64,000 bases of DNA from Bryobacteraceae bacterium (lineage in GTDB: Bacteria > Acidobacteriota > Terriglobia > Bryobacterales > Bryobacteraceae). Below are positions 35,709-44,809 of this stretch, one piece after another. Where the stretch lies: assembly GCA_035526195.1 (NCBI GenBank), contig DATLCW010000021.1:521-64520 (forward strand). Direction: 5' to 3'. Positions within the stretch are counted from its first letter, which is position 1. Each line of letters starts with the position of its first letter. The notes beneath the pieces were generated by a model that had not been told where the DNA came from, searched no databases, and was given only the letters and a program-made list of their open reading frames with translations. Position numbers and translations under genes: made by a program.

Positions 35709-37670
35709 TCAGAATGACCATAGCAGACTCGTGTAGCCCGTGTGGGCGCGGTAATTCTGGTAGGTGAGCTGGTAAAAATCCTCATGATAGGAATAAAGCT
35801 GGTAGCCGGCGTTCCACCGCAAGCGATTGCGGAGCCGAATGGAAAGCCGCGCCGAAGGCGATTGGTAGGAAAGCGGGAATGTTTGCGCGTTATAAAAAAT
35901 ATCGCTCGCTAACGACGGGCGGCCATCCCCCGTATCCTTGATGATCGAATAGCCTACGTACAAGTCAGCCCTCTTGACGAGACTGAATCGGGCCGCGAAG
36001 GTGCCGGCATGCAGGTTACTGAGATACAGCGACCGCCCGTTCTGTAGCTGGCTGCTGGCGAAGTAGGCGATGCCGGTAATGGTGTCCAGATGAATTTTGC
36101 TGTATCCCGCATCGAGCGACAGCCATGGACGCGCGGACCAGCTCGCATCCAAAGAGTGCTGGCGGGATCGGGCGCTGTGGGCGAAGAGGTTGACGGAATT
36201 CGTGTTGTAGAAGGTCTTGGTCTGCGCGGATATCAATACCGATTTCGCTTTATACTGCACCCGCCCGTTGATGGCGTGGTATTTCTTCTCCGAGATGGGA
36301 AAAAACGGCTGATCGGCGCGGCCAAGCTCTACGTTCATTTGGATGGTTAGTGGTTTTAGGGGCCGGAAGCGCAACCCGGCCAGGCCCGAGTGCAGCCTGT
36401 TGTCCTGCTCGACGCTGAAGACATCGGTGAAGGAGCTGATGGTCTGCCCTTCTCGCGACCGGATACGGCGGGTGGAGAAGTGATAACCGCCGTAAACTCC
36501 CACTTGGCTGGTGAGCGAGTACGTGGCGTCCGTCAGGGTCTCAATGGTGCGAATGCCGAGGAACTGAAAGTTCACTATGGCGTCATTCGCCACGGCGTTG
36601 TTGATCTCCCGATAACTGCCATTGCCATCCATCCGCGTATTACTGAAGCCGGTATGGTTCGTAATGGTCAGCCGGTCCGAAGGCGTATAGGATAGATTCA
36701 AATTCGCATTGGTTACCGGGCGGCTGCCTTGCCCGGCAATGAGGACTTGGCGGTTGCGCGCGGAAGTGAGGCGGTCCGTTCCCGTGGCAAGCTCATCCAC
36801 CAGGAAATCCCGCCGTCCGGAAACAGAGCTGTAGCGGGCATTCATTCCGAAGCGCTTCGCATTGCGAATCAGCACAGCGCGCCAGTAAGGGCTGTCCCCG
36901 CTGTATGGCTCGGTACGGCGAAAAGCGCTCAGTGTCGTGTTGTCGGTTGTGTTGTTGCCCGGTGAGGGAGCAAACAGGCTGATCGGATTATCCTCTTTGA
37001 AGTGATCCCAGCCATGCAAAAGATTGAGCGTGAATCCCATCAGCGAGAGCTCGCCACCCAGGCGCACTTCACTGCGGCGCCGGCGCACATCGGAGAAAAG
37101 AGGAAACTCGTCGCCGCGGGATTCGAAGGCCTGGAAGGTGGTGAGTGCCGGTCCGGACTGGCTGTTGCGGCTGTAACCGATAAAAACTTTGAAAGCCGAC
37201 TGCGGGAGGAGCGTCAGATCGTGGTCCTGAAACTGGCGCCGTGTGTTGAACAGGTGTTGTCCGTTGGCAATGGTCAAGCCGGGATTGAAATACTCGTTCA
37301 ACCGCCACAGGGAATCGTAGCGGTAGAGTTTGTTTTTCTCGATGCGCAGGTTGGAAGACTGATAGGGATCGTTACCGAGGCCCTGAGTGGTGAGGGAGAT
37401 ATCGTCGAAGAACCGTCCATGGCCTTCCCGGGAGTTAATCCTTAGCTGGCTTCCCAGAAGCCGGAGGCCGTTGCCGTAGTTCACATCGCTGCGATACTTT
37501 CCAAGGTTGCCGTCGACGGTGTGCCAGCGATAGCCGAGTTCGAAAGAATTGAGGATGTTGTAGCCGACGTTATTCTCGCCCCGAGGGTTGCCGACTTCCT
37601 CCCGGGTGGGGGCGACCGGCTGCTGGGCCGGCAGGCAGGCGGAGATCAGAACGAGAAGAGTGATCCGCAT
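35709..37670 (-). CDS. MtrB/PioB-like large outer-membrane beta-barrel
   Basis: Signal peptide, 653 aa, alternating beta-strand pattern rich in Y/G/N/S, and a C-terminal aromatic residue (...SLLWSF). It begins 4 nt after the decaheme gene. Confidence 0.6.
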   Translation of the reverse strand: MRITLLVLISACLPAQQPVAPTREEVGNPRGENNVGYNILNSFELGYRWHTVDGNLGKYRSDVNYGNGLRLLGSQLRINSREGHGRFFDDISLTTQGLGNDPYQSSNLRIEKNKLYRYDSLWRLNEYFNPGLTIANGQHLFNTRRQFQDHDLTLLPQSAFKVFIGYSRNSQSGPALTTFQAFESRGDEFPLFSDVRRRRSEVRLGGELSLMGFTLNLLHGWDHFKEDNPISLFAPSPGNNTTDNTTLSAFRRTEPYSGDSPYWRAVLIRNAKRFGMNARYSSVSGRRDFLVDELATGTDRLTSARNRQVLIAGQGSRPVTNANLNLSYTPSDRLTITNHTGFSNTRMDGNGSYREINNAVANDAIVNFQFLGIRTIETLTDATYSLTSQVGVYGGYHFSTRRIRSREGQTISSFTDVFSVEQDNRLHSGLAGLRFRPLKPLTIQMNVELGRADQPFFPISEKKYHAINGRVQYKAKSVLISAQTKTFYNTNSVNLFAHSARSRQHSLDASWSARPWLSLDAGYSKIHLDTITGIAYFASSQLQNGRSLYLSNLHAGTFAARFSLVKRADLYVGYSIIKDTGDGRPSLASDIFYNAQTFPLSYQSPSARLSIRLRNRLRWNAGYQLYSYHEDFYQLTYQNYRAHTGYTSLLWSF

Positions 37671-37673
37671 GGC

Positions 37674-38669
37674 TCACCTCAGAAACAGACGATCGGCGTT
37701 GGAGCCGTGAATGCGCACATGGCAGGTGGTGCAATTCTGATAGCGCGGATTGCGCATGTCATGCGCGGGCGACTGCGTGGTGATGCCATCCGCCTGGCGG
37801 CCGAACGTTGCGGCGCCGCTATGGCATTCGAGACAGGTGGTGAAAACGGCCGCGCGGCGCAGCAACTTGGCGTTTGTGGAGCCATGCGGATTGTGGCAGG
37901 ATTCACAGCCATCGACGCGCACTGCCGGATGCTCAAATGCGAAGGGACCCCGTTTGTCCGAGTGGCACTTCAGGCAAGGCTCTTCGTTGCCTAGCGCGTG
38001 CGTCACCATGCGCGGCCTTATGCCCATGCGCCACGTAGGCGCGGGAGACCCGTGCGGATTGTGGCAATCGCTGCAGTTCATGAACCCTTCATTCACGCGG
38101 TGTTTGAAAGGCATGGAAAACTGTGCCCGGACATTCCCGTGGCACGAGTAACAGAGATCCGTCTGGCGTTTCGCTAGCAGAAATTTGGGAACGGGGGATT
38201 TATGAATCGAGTGGCAACTGTTGCAGGCGACATCGTTTTTCGAGTGCTCCGAACGGCGTACATCGGCGCGGGAGAGATCCTTGCTGTGACAACCAAGACA
38301 AGTGTCCAGCGCCTGGCGCGGAGTCAGGATCGAGAATGCGGCCGGAATCGTGGTCTTGCCGCCGCGGGCTTCAATGTGTGCCTTCGCCGGCCCGTGACAG
38401 CCTTCGCAGCCAGTCTGCGGGGACGGAAGATTTCCCGCCGCAAGGCTCTTGTAATGCGGATTGCGAAAGAAGTTCTGCCAGACGTCGGGATGGCACATCT
38501 TGCAGACGGCGCTACCCACAAAGCCCCCGGGTTTGGCATCGGCCAACGCATCGGCAAGCGGTTTGGGAAGCGGAGAAGTCTGTGCGGGTTGAGCCGCGAT
38601 GGGCGCAAGGCCACTCACACACAGCAGTACTATTCTGAAGACTCCCACCCTGATCACCACCTGTACCAT
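37674..38669 (-). CDS. MtrA/DmsE-family periplasmic decaheme c-type cytochrome
   Basis: Signal peptide and ten CxxCH motifs in 331 aa (CKMCH, CEGCH, CLGCH, CNSCH, CYSCH, CSDCH, CLKCH, CESCH, CLECH, CTTCH). Confidence 0.8.
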   Translation of the reverse strand: MVQVVIRVGVFRIVLLCVSGLAPIAAQPAQTSPLPKPLADALADAKPGGFVGSAVCKMCHPDVWQNFFRNPHYKSLAAGNLPSPQTGCEGCHGPAKAHIEARGGKTTIPAAFSILTPRQALDTCLGCHSKDLSRADVRRSEHSKNDVACNSCHSIHKSPVPKFLLAKRQTDLCYSCHGNVRAQFSMPFKHRVNEGFMNCSDCHNPHGSPAPTWRMGIRPRMVTHALGNEEPCLKCHSDKRGPFAFEHPAVRVDGCESCHNPHGSTNAKLLRRAAVFTTCLECHSGAATFGRQADGITTQSPAHDMRNPRYQNCTTCHVRIHGSNADRLFLR

Positions 38670-38729
38670 TCACTATATAGCGAAGCATGGGGAGTTTGCT
38701 GAGGCCGGCCCGTGTGATAATCGTCAGAC

Positions 38730-39731
38730 ATGCGCAAGGTACGCTTTGGGGTCATTGGCTTGGGGCGCTTCGGGGAAATCCACTGCGAGGCTTTAGCGCA
38801 TCTGCCGCCGTGCGAGTTGTATGCCTTGTGCACGCGCGATGAGTCCCGCCTCAAAGAACTCAGCGGACGATTCGGCGTGCGGCACGCTTACACAAGCTAT
38901 GAGGAGCTTCTTAAGAATCCGGAGATCGACGCCGTGTCGGTAGTCACGATGTGGGACCAGCATGCCGCACCCACCGTCGCGGCGCTCCATTCCGGGAAGC
39001 ATGTATTCGTCGAGAAACCGATGGCCGCTACGGTCGCCGAGTGTGAAGCCATTGTGCGGGCATCGCGTGAGACGGGACGCTTCTGCATGGTGGGGCATAT
39101 TTGCCGTTTCAATCCGCGCTATGCGGCCGCGAAGCGCGAGATTGATGCCGGCGCGATCGGCAGGATTGTGTCGATCTACGCCCGCCGGAACATCCCGGCA
39201 GAAGTCAGCAAGACGGTGCTGACGAAGATCGGTCCGATCATGGGCGATGGCATACACGATACGGACTTGATGCTGTGGTTCACCGGCGCGAAGATCGAAA
39301 CCGCCTACGCCCAGACGCTTTCCGTACGCGGCCTGCGTTATCCCGACATCGGTTGGACGATGTACCGTTTCAGCGGTGGCGCGATCGGGGTTTGCGAGAA
39401 TGTCTGGTTCCTTCCCGAGAAAACACCGTACCGGATCGACGAGCGCATGGAAGTCATCGGGACCGGGGGCGCGCTCTATATTCAGGAAACGCCGGCCAGC
39501 GTTTCGGTTTGCGATCGCGAAGGATGGCGGTCGCCCGACACCACCTATTGGCCCATGCTGCACGGCGAGCGGGCGGGGGCGTTGCGCGACGAGCTGCAAT
39601 ATTTCGCCAATTGCATTCTGGAGAACCGCGAGCCCACGGTAATCACGCCACCGGAGGCGTTGGAGGCAGTGCGCGCCTGTCTCGCCGCGGAACAATCGGC
39701 CGCCCTCGGTTCGCCCGTAGCGGTCGTCTAG
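38730..39731 (+). CDS. Gfo/Idh/MocA-family oxidoreductase
   Basis: VRFGVIGLGRFG Rossmann motif, EKPMA, and a typical C-terminal domain. Confidence 0.8.
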   Translation: MRKVRFGVIGLGRFGEIHCEALAHLPPCELYALCTRDESRLKELSGRFGVRHAYTSYEELLKNPEIDAVSVVTMWDQHAAPTVAALHSGKHVFVEKPMAATVAECEAIVRASRETGRFCMVGHICRFNPRYAAAKREIDAGAIGRIVSIYARRNIPAEVSKTVLTKIGPIMGDGIHDTDLMLWFTGAKIETAYAQTLSVRGLRYPDIGWTMYRFSGGAIGVCENVWFLPEKTPYRIDERMEVIGTGGALYIQETPASVSVCDREGWRSPDTTYWPMLHGERAGALRDELQYFANCILENREPTVITPPEALEAVRACLAAEQSAALGSPVAVV

Positions 39732-40369
39732 AAGAGATACGAAATGCCGACCATCGGCACGAAATTATGCATCCAGCCGGACAAAGACGCGCCACGATTT
39801 GGGACGATGATCTTCGTCGGTACGGGAGAGATGTAATCCTTCACTTCCACCCGGAAGCTGCCCGTATCGCCGACGCGAAACTTGACGCCAAAGCCTACAC
39901 TGGCCGTGGGGGTAGTGTCGGTCGTCTTCGTGAGCAGCGCGTACTCGAAAAGCGGCTGCGTGATGGCCTCGGGGCCGGAGCCGGTGTGATGCTTGATGCC
40001 TGCGCCGAAAGAAAGAAACGGACGAGCTCTCGATCCCGAAGGGCTGAAGTAAAGCAGAAAATCGTAGTTGATGACGTGCGACTGCGCGCCGAATGTTGCC
40101 TTGGCGGTGTTGCCTTCCAGTTTGGCGCTGTTCCGCAAATAGGTGTAACGAATCTCGCCTCCCCAACGGCGGCCCATATCCTGACCAAGGACGAAGCCGG
40201 CGGCGAAGCCCGGAGAGAAGGAAGCTTTCACGGAATTGCTTCCCCGGTTCACATCATTGGAAGTATAGAATGAGCCTCCTCCGACACCCCCGACTTCCCA
40301 TTTCTGCGCCATGGCGGCGGCTGGGAAGAGGCAAAGCGCGGAGACAAGAATCACGTAGGTTGCTTTCAT
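39728..40369 (-). CDS. Small outer-membrane beta-barrel protein (OmpA-like/OmpW-like barrel)
   Basis: Signal peptide MKATYVILVSALCLFPAAAMA. Alternating strands and a C-terminal ...VGISYLF. Confidence 0.65.
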   Translation of the reverse strand: MKATYVILVSALCLFPAAAMAQKWEVGGVGGGSFYTSNDVNRGSNSVKASFSPGFAAGFVLGQDMGRRWGGEIRYTYLRNSAKLEGNTAKATFGAQSHVINYDFLLYFSPSGSRARPFLSFGAGIKHHTGSGPEAITQPLFEYALLTKTTDTTPTASVGFGVKFRVGDTGSFRVEVKDYISPVPTKIIVPNRGASLSGWMHNFVPMVGISYLF

Positions 40370-40428
40370 GGTATTGTCCTTTCGAGGCCGGTTCTTCAGG
40401 GAGCCAACCGGCCTGCGATTCGGTTTGA

Positions 40429-43400
40429 TTAATCCACCACCCGGATCGATAGTGTCGTAGCGCTGGAACCTTGCGTGATGGTCAGGGATTGATCGAGTCC
40501 CGGACGGACCAAACTCGGGACCCGGGCATTGATCTGATAAACGCCGACCGTACCGGGGACCAGGCCGGCGAACTCGACCGGAAGTCCAACGCCGCCGATG
40601 CTCACCGTGGGCACGACGATCGCCGAGGACAGCGGGTCGCCCGGCGCCGGGACGCCCGCTTCCACTGCTGGTAAGGTGCGGCCTAAACCGGTTAAGTAGA
40701 TGGTGATAGTATCGCCGCGATGAATCGGGTTGGTATCGGTGACCAGCAGGTTGTTCTGGTTCCGGTAAACAGCCGGCAGATCGTTCTGCAGACCGGCAAC
40801 GCCGTTGCGGAAGACGCCGGGAGCGGTAGGCAGGATGGTGAGATTAAACGTGTCGCTGATGCCGCCGGGCGTGCGCAGGATCAGGCTCACATTTCCATCC
40901 ACCTGGAAGGGAAGCTGGCCGTTGATCTGGTTTGGGGAAACGAACACCACCGGCAGCGGAACGCCGTTCACAGTGAGGCAGCTTTCGCCAAGCGCAGTGG
41001 GCATCGGGATCTGTTGGCTGGCCTGGTTAATAGGGCTGAGATCCGTCCCATAGATCGAAACAAGGCTCCCGGGTGCGACCGGCGAGGTGTTATCCGCTCC
41101 ATTGACCACGCGCTCGATGCGCGGCGTGGCTACGGCGGCATCGAAGTTCCAGGGCAGCACGGTGATGCCGGAGGTGGTAAGCGCGATCACCGCATTGCGG
41201 TTGTACAACGGTTGCACGGTGCGGGTGAAGTACTGCTGCCAACCCGTGCCGGCCGTGGACGTGGGAGCAGGCGTGGTGGACGTAGCGGTCTGCGCCGCCT
41301 GGGTGACGATGGGAGCCTCGATCATCCGAGTCGAGCGGGTACTGCTGGTGGTGATGCGTTGAATGATGCCGGGGCTGGCGGAGTCAGGCGCGGTGGTGCG
41401 GATTGCACCCTGATCCAGGAACGCGAATCCGGAGCTTTTTCCGGTGGTCGTTTCAAACTGTCCCACAGGGACCAGCGAAGCATTGAGAAGCGTATTCCCG
41501 ATCACGAACTGATCGAAGCTCGATGCCGCATAAGCGCCCGACAGCGGGCTGGGATCTTTCCGCGAAATCGTAAAGGTGTCGGCGTTCGCGCTGTAGAGCA
41601 GCAGTGTGCCATCGGCTTGGGCGCCCATGATGGAGCTGCCGTTGGGCGTTGCCACCAACACCGTGTTGATGTCAAGTTTATTCTCGTAGACGCCGAGCGT
41701 CGGCAGCACGGTTCCGGAGCGTGTGACAAAGTCCACTTGCACGATCTTGTGATCAGATCCGGCCGCGGACCGGCTGGCAACCAGGATCGCCTTGGAACTC
41801 GCGGCGATAGACTGGGGGTAGTAGCCGCTGGGCATGCGGATCGGATTGGACTCTTCGAGCGTCTCCAGGTCGTAAACCTTGATCAATTGCGCCAGGGAAT
41901 GGCCAACGAGCATATAACGGCGGTCAAAGGTGATGGCCATCTGTGTAGGTGAATTGAAGGTTTTAAACTTCGCGATCTGCGTCTGGCTCGCCCCATCGAA
42001 AACCATCATTTCATTGGTATCCTGGCGCAACGCGTAGAAGCGATCCCGCACCGGATCGGCCAGCAGATCAACCAGTTTGCCGGGAATGTTTACCACGCTG
42101 CCCCTTTGATCGGGCTCGCGGTTGTTTACCAGGACGCGAATCGGCTTCGGCATGTTCACCGCCGAAGTGGAGGCGATGTTTATGGTGGCGGTCACGGTGC
42201 CCTTCTGTGTGAAGGCGCTGGGATCCACGTTGATGCGCACGGTGGCGGGGGTGGTTCCTTTGGTGGGGGAAACAGAAACACCGGAGCCGGCGACCGTCAA
42301 CGTGAAATCCGTATTGCGGCCGCTCGGATCAAGAATCGTCACTTCCTGAGAAGAGACGCGGCGGTCACAGAAATTGCCCCGGAAGGTAACATCCTCTTTT
42401 GTGGCCACCACCCGCGGCACGCTCGAGATATTGCCGATCGGAACGATCATAACGCCGCTCTCGGAGACTCCATAAAGCACGGAGGAGTCGCTGTTGATTA
42501 CGCTTTTGCCGGCGAAATTTTCAGGTAACTGCAGCCGTTCGCGAACCGCCAGGTTATCGGCATCGACGATCTGCAGGAGCGGAGCGGCGGCCGCCGTTTG
42601 CGCAGTGACGATCCCACTTGCATCGGCGTACTGCACATAGATCACGCCACGCGTGTTGTCGAAAACGTGGGTCCCGACATTGGCGGTTCCGGAGGCATTG
42701 CCAAGTTGATTCAACGCCTGAATCATCTGTCGGTCATGCATTGCCCAACCGGTCATGTGCACCGAACCGTCATTGTTCACGCTCACCACGCGCGGGCCGG
42801 CCGGAGGGGCCCAGTTCCAGACGATGGCCTTCACCGATCGCGTTGTGACATCGTAGGCAAACTCCAGGGTCTGGCTCCCCGAGGCGGTGCCTCCGGAGGC
42901 TGCCGCGGTGCCGAAGATCCACAGCCCATCGCCGCTGGTGGCCATCGAGGCGCCGACGATATTTGCCGGGAAGTTGCCGTTCGGCTGAGGGAGCATGGTC
43001 GCGGTAATGCCCTTCACAGGCCCGATGAAATCGGTCGCGCCCGAGATCGGATCAAACAGAATGAATTCCGTCGCGGTGGCAACCAGCGCCCGGTTGTCAA
43101 TGCCGAAGGCAACGCCCAGGGGAGCGCTTCCCAGCGCAAAAGTCTGGCGCACGTTCGCGGAAAGATCAATGACCGTTAAGCCATTGTTATTGGAGCCGGC
43201 GGCGAAGCTGCCGTAATGGGCAATCACCAGGTACCGGCCGTCGGCGCTGAGTGCCAGCGAAGACGGTTGCGCGGCGACATTGATGGAACTCTGGATGTTG
43301 CCATCCCCGAGCGACATCACGTCGACACGATTCGCGGTAAAATTTGCGATGTAAAGTACGCCTCGCGCCTCATCCAGCGCCAGATCGGAGGCATGGCCTC

Positions 43401-43530
43401 CAATGGCCACCACTTTGCCGGCGGTGCCGCCGAATACGGACCCGGATGCCGCGAGCATCAGCCAGGCCACACCGGCGATGGCCAGCAACTGCCGGCCCGC
43501 GGTCTTGCACCCAAAAATAATCTTTTTCAT
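40429..43530 (-). CDS. Large secreted beta-propeller-repeat protein with a Solibacter-type (TIGR03437-like) C-terminal domain
   Basis: Signal peptide MKKIIFG...AASGSVFG and YVTN/YncE-like repeats (LYIANFTANRVDVM, SADGRYLVIAH). The C-terminus PGSLVSIYGTDL...VNGVP.PVVFVSPNQINGQLPF...GVYQINARVP matches the Solibacter C-terminal domain pattern. Confidence 0.7.
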   Translation of the reverse strand: MKKIIFGCKTAGRQLLAIAGVAWLMLAASGSVFGGTAGKVVAIGGHASDLALDEARGVLYIANFTANRVDVMSLGDGNIQSSINVAAQPSSLALSADGRYLVIAHYGSFAAGSNNNGLTVIDLSANVRQTFALGSAPLGVAFGIDNRALVATATEFILFDPISGATDFIGPVKGITATMLPQPNGNFPANIVGASMATSGDGLWIFGTAAASGGTASGSQTLEFAYDVTTRSVKAIVWNWAPPAGPRVVSVNNDGSVHMTGWAMHDRQMIQALNQLGNASGTANVGTHVFDNTRGVIYVQYADASGIVTAQTAAAAPLLQIVDADNLAVRERLQLPENFAGKSVINSDSSVLYGVSESGVMIVPIGNISSVPRVVATKEDVTFRGNFCDRRVSSQEVTILDPSGRNTDFTLTVAGSGVSVSPTKGTTPATVRINVDPSAFTQKGTVTATINIASTSAVNMPKPIRVLVNNREPDQRGSVVNIPGKLVDLLADPVRDRFYALRQDTNEMMVFDGASQTQIAKFKTFNSPTQMAITFDRRYMLVGHSLAQLIKVYDLETLEESNPIRMPSGYYPQSIAASSKAILVASRSAAGSDHKIVQVDFVTRSGTVLPTLGVYENKLDINTVLVATPNGSSIMGAQADGTLLLYSANADTFTISRKDPSPLSGAYAASSFDQFVIGNTLLNASLVPVGQFETTTGKSSGFAFLDQGAIRTTAPDSASPGIIQRITTSSTRSTRMIEAPIVTQAAQTATSTTPAPTSTAGTGWQQYFTRTVQPLYNRNAVIALTTSGITVLPWNFDAAVATPRIERVVNGADNTSPVAPGSLVSIYGTDLSPINQASQQIPMPTALGESCLTVNGVPLPVVFVSPNQINGQLPFQVDGNVSLILRTPGGISDTFNLTILPTAPGVFRNGVAGLQNDLPAVYRNQNNLLVTDTNPIHRGDTITIYLTGLGRTLPAVEAGVPAPGDPLSSAIVVPTVSIGGVGLPVEFAGLVPGTVGVYQINARVPSLVRPGLDQSLTITQGSSATTLSIRVVD

Positions 43531-43664
43531 AGCTAGACTCCGATCCTCGAACTTCCTGTCCACTTCCCTCGTGTAACTTTGGGCCGTCACCTACACAACG
43601 GCCTTGCGGCTTCACGTCCGCTTAAAAACCGGCCTCGAATTTCACCGCACTGACCGATTGCAGA

Positions 43665-43691
43665 GTCCGGCGCACCCTTGGCGCGCCGGAC
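43665..43691 (-). terminator. 9-bp GC stem-loop between the small ORF and the large secreted-protein gene
   Basis: gtccggcgc-(9 nt)-gcgccggac. There is no clear U-tract, so this may be an attenuator or processing site. Confidence 0.3.
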
Positions 43692-43757
43692 CTCCACCTA
43701 CCTCTCCACCCCGATCATCTTCCAATTTCGCGGGTCCGCCCACAGGGAGCGCCAGCG

Positions 43758-43853
43758 TTACTCATCCACGCTCTTTTTGCGGCGCATGACGATCAAGCCC
43801 AGTAACAAGGCGGCCACAACCGCGCAGATAATGCGTACCATTGAGCTGTCCAT
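43758..43853 (-). CDS. Unlisted 31-aa single-TM mini-protein at the end of the Tad operon
   Basis: My own translation gives MDSSMVRIICAVVAALLLGLIVMRRKKSVDE. AGGAGA lies 8 nt upstream of the ATG, which is 31 nt after the tadC stop. Confidence 0.4.
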   Translation of the reverse strand: MDSSMVRIICAVVAALLLGLIVMRRKKSVDE

Positions 43854-43883
43854 AGTCGCTATATTCTCCTTTCTTAGCCTCTC

Positions 43884-44804
43884 CTAAATGTTGTTCATCA
43901 TCGGGACCAGTTCCCGCACGATCTTTACGGCCACCGGTCCAACCGTCACCACGAACAGCGAGGGCAGGATGCAAAAGAAGATCGGAAATACCAGCTTGAC
44001 GCCAAGCTTGGCCGCCTTCTCCTCCGCAATCTGACGGGACTGCACCCTCATGTAATCGGCATGGGCGCGCAGGCATTGGGCAATGCCCGTTCCGAACCGG
44101 TCTGCCTGAATCAATACGGCGACCAGTTTCTTCAGATCGTCCACATTGGTTCTTTCCCCCATGTTGCGCAGAGCTTCGGCGCGGCGCTTGCCGGCTTTCA
44201 ACTCCAGGTTGACCAGCGCGTACTCTTCGCTGATCTCGGGATGCGCATGCTCCAGCTCTTTCGCCACCTGCAGAATGGTTTGATCGAGCCCCAGGCCCGA
44301 CTCGACGCAAACAACCATCAGGTCGAGTGCGTTCGGCAGGCCGCGCTTCACCTGCTTCTGACGCTTCCTGGCCCGCCAGTTCACGAATTCATTGGGACCG
44401 AAGAAGCCGAGGCCCGCGGAAGCGGCTACGAGCAGGAACCGCGTGCTGCCCTCGTAATCGGAGCGCATCACCACAACGCCTGCCACCAGCGGAAAGAGAA
44501 TCGCGCAGAGCAGTTTGGCTCCATAAAGGTAAGTGAGCGCTTTGTCCTCCCGGTAGCCGGCCCGGATCAGGCGCCGCTGCATGGCCGTGACATCTTTGGG
44601 CGAAGCCGGAATGGTTTTTCCCAGCTTCTCTACGACGGCGCGCAAAGCCATGGCGGGATGGGCCGACATCGTGTCGGAACTCATCACGCCGACGCCGGCG
44701 ACGCGTTCAATGGCCTCCTTGGGCCGGACCCACAGCCTGAGCCCCAACACGCCGATGCCGATGGCGATCAGCAGGAAAACGAGGAAACTGATGATGAGTG
44801 CCAT
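43884..44804 (-). CDS. tadC: Tad pilus inner-membrane platform protein TadC (T2SS-F domain)
   Basis: T2SSF-type motif LPNALDLMVVCVESGLGLDQ and TM segments at both ends. Confidence 0.8.
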   Translation of the reverse strand: MALIISFLVFLLIAIGIGVLGLRLWVRPKEAIERVAGVGVMSSDTMSAHPAMALRAVVEKLGKTIPASPKDVTAMQRRLIRAGYREDKALTYLYGAKLLCAILFPLVAGVVVMRSDYEGSTRFLLVAASAGLGFFGPNEFVNWRARKRQKQVKRGLPNALDLMVVCVESGLGLDQTILQVAKELEHAHPEISEEYALVNLELKAGKRRAEALRNMGERTNVDDLKKLVAVLIQADRFGTGIAQCLRAHADYMRVQSRQIAEEKAAKLGVKLVFPIFFCILPSLFVVTVGPVAVKIVRELVPMMNNI

Positions 44805-44809
44805 TGGGT

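Noticed and set aside
43758-43853. The 31-aa mini-ORF as the missing Flp pilin.
   Set aside because: It lacks the Flp leader/processing motif (G/xxxxEY) and ends in RRKK after a single helix, which is the opposite topology from Flp prepilins.
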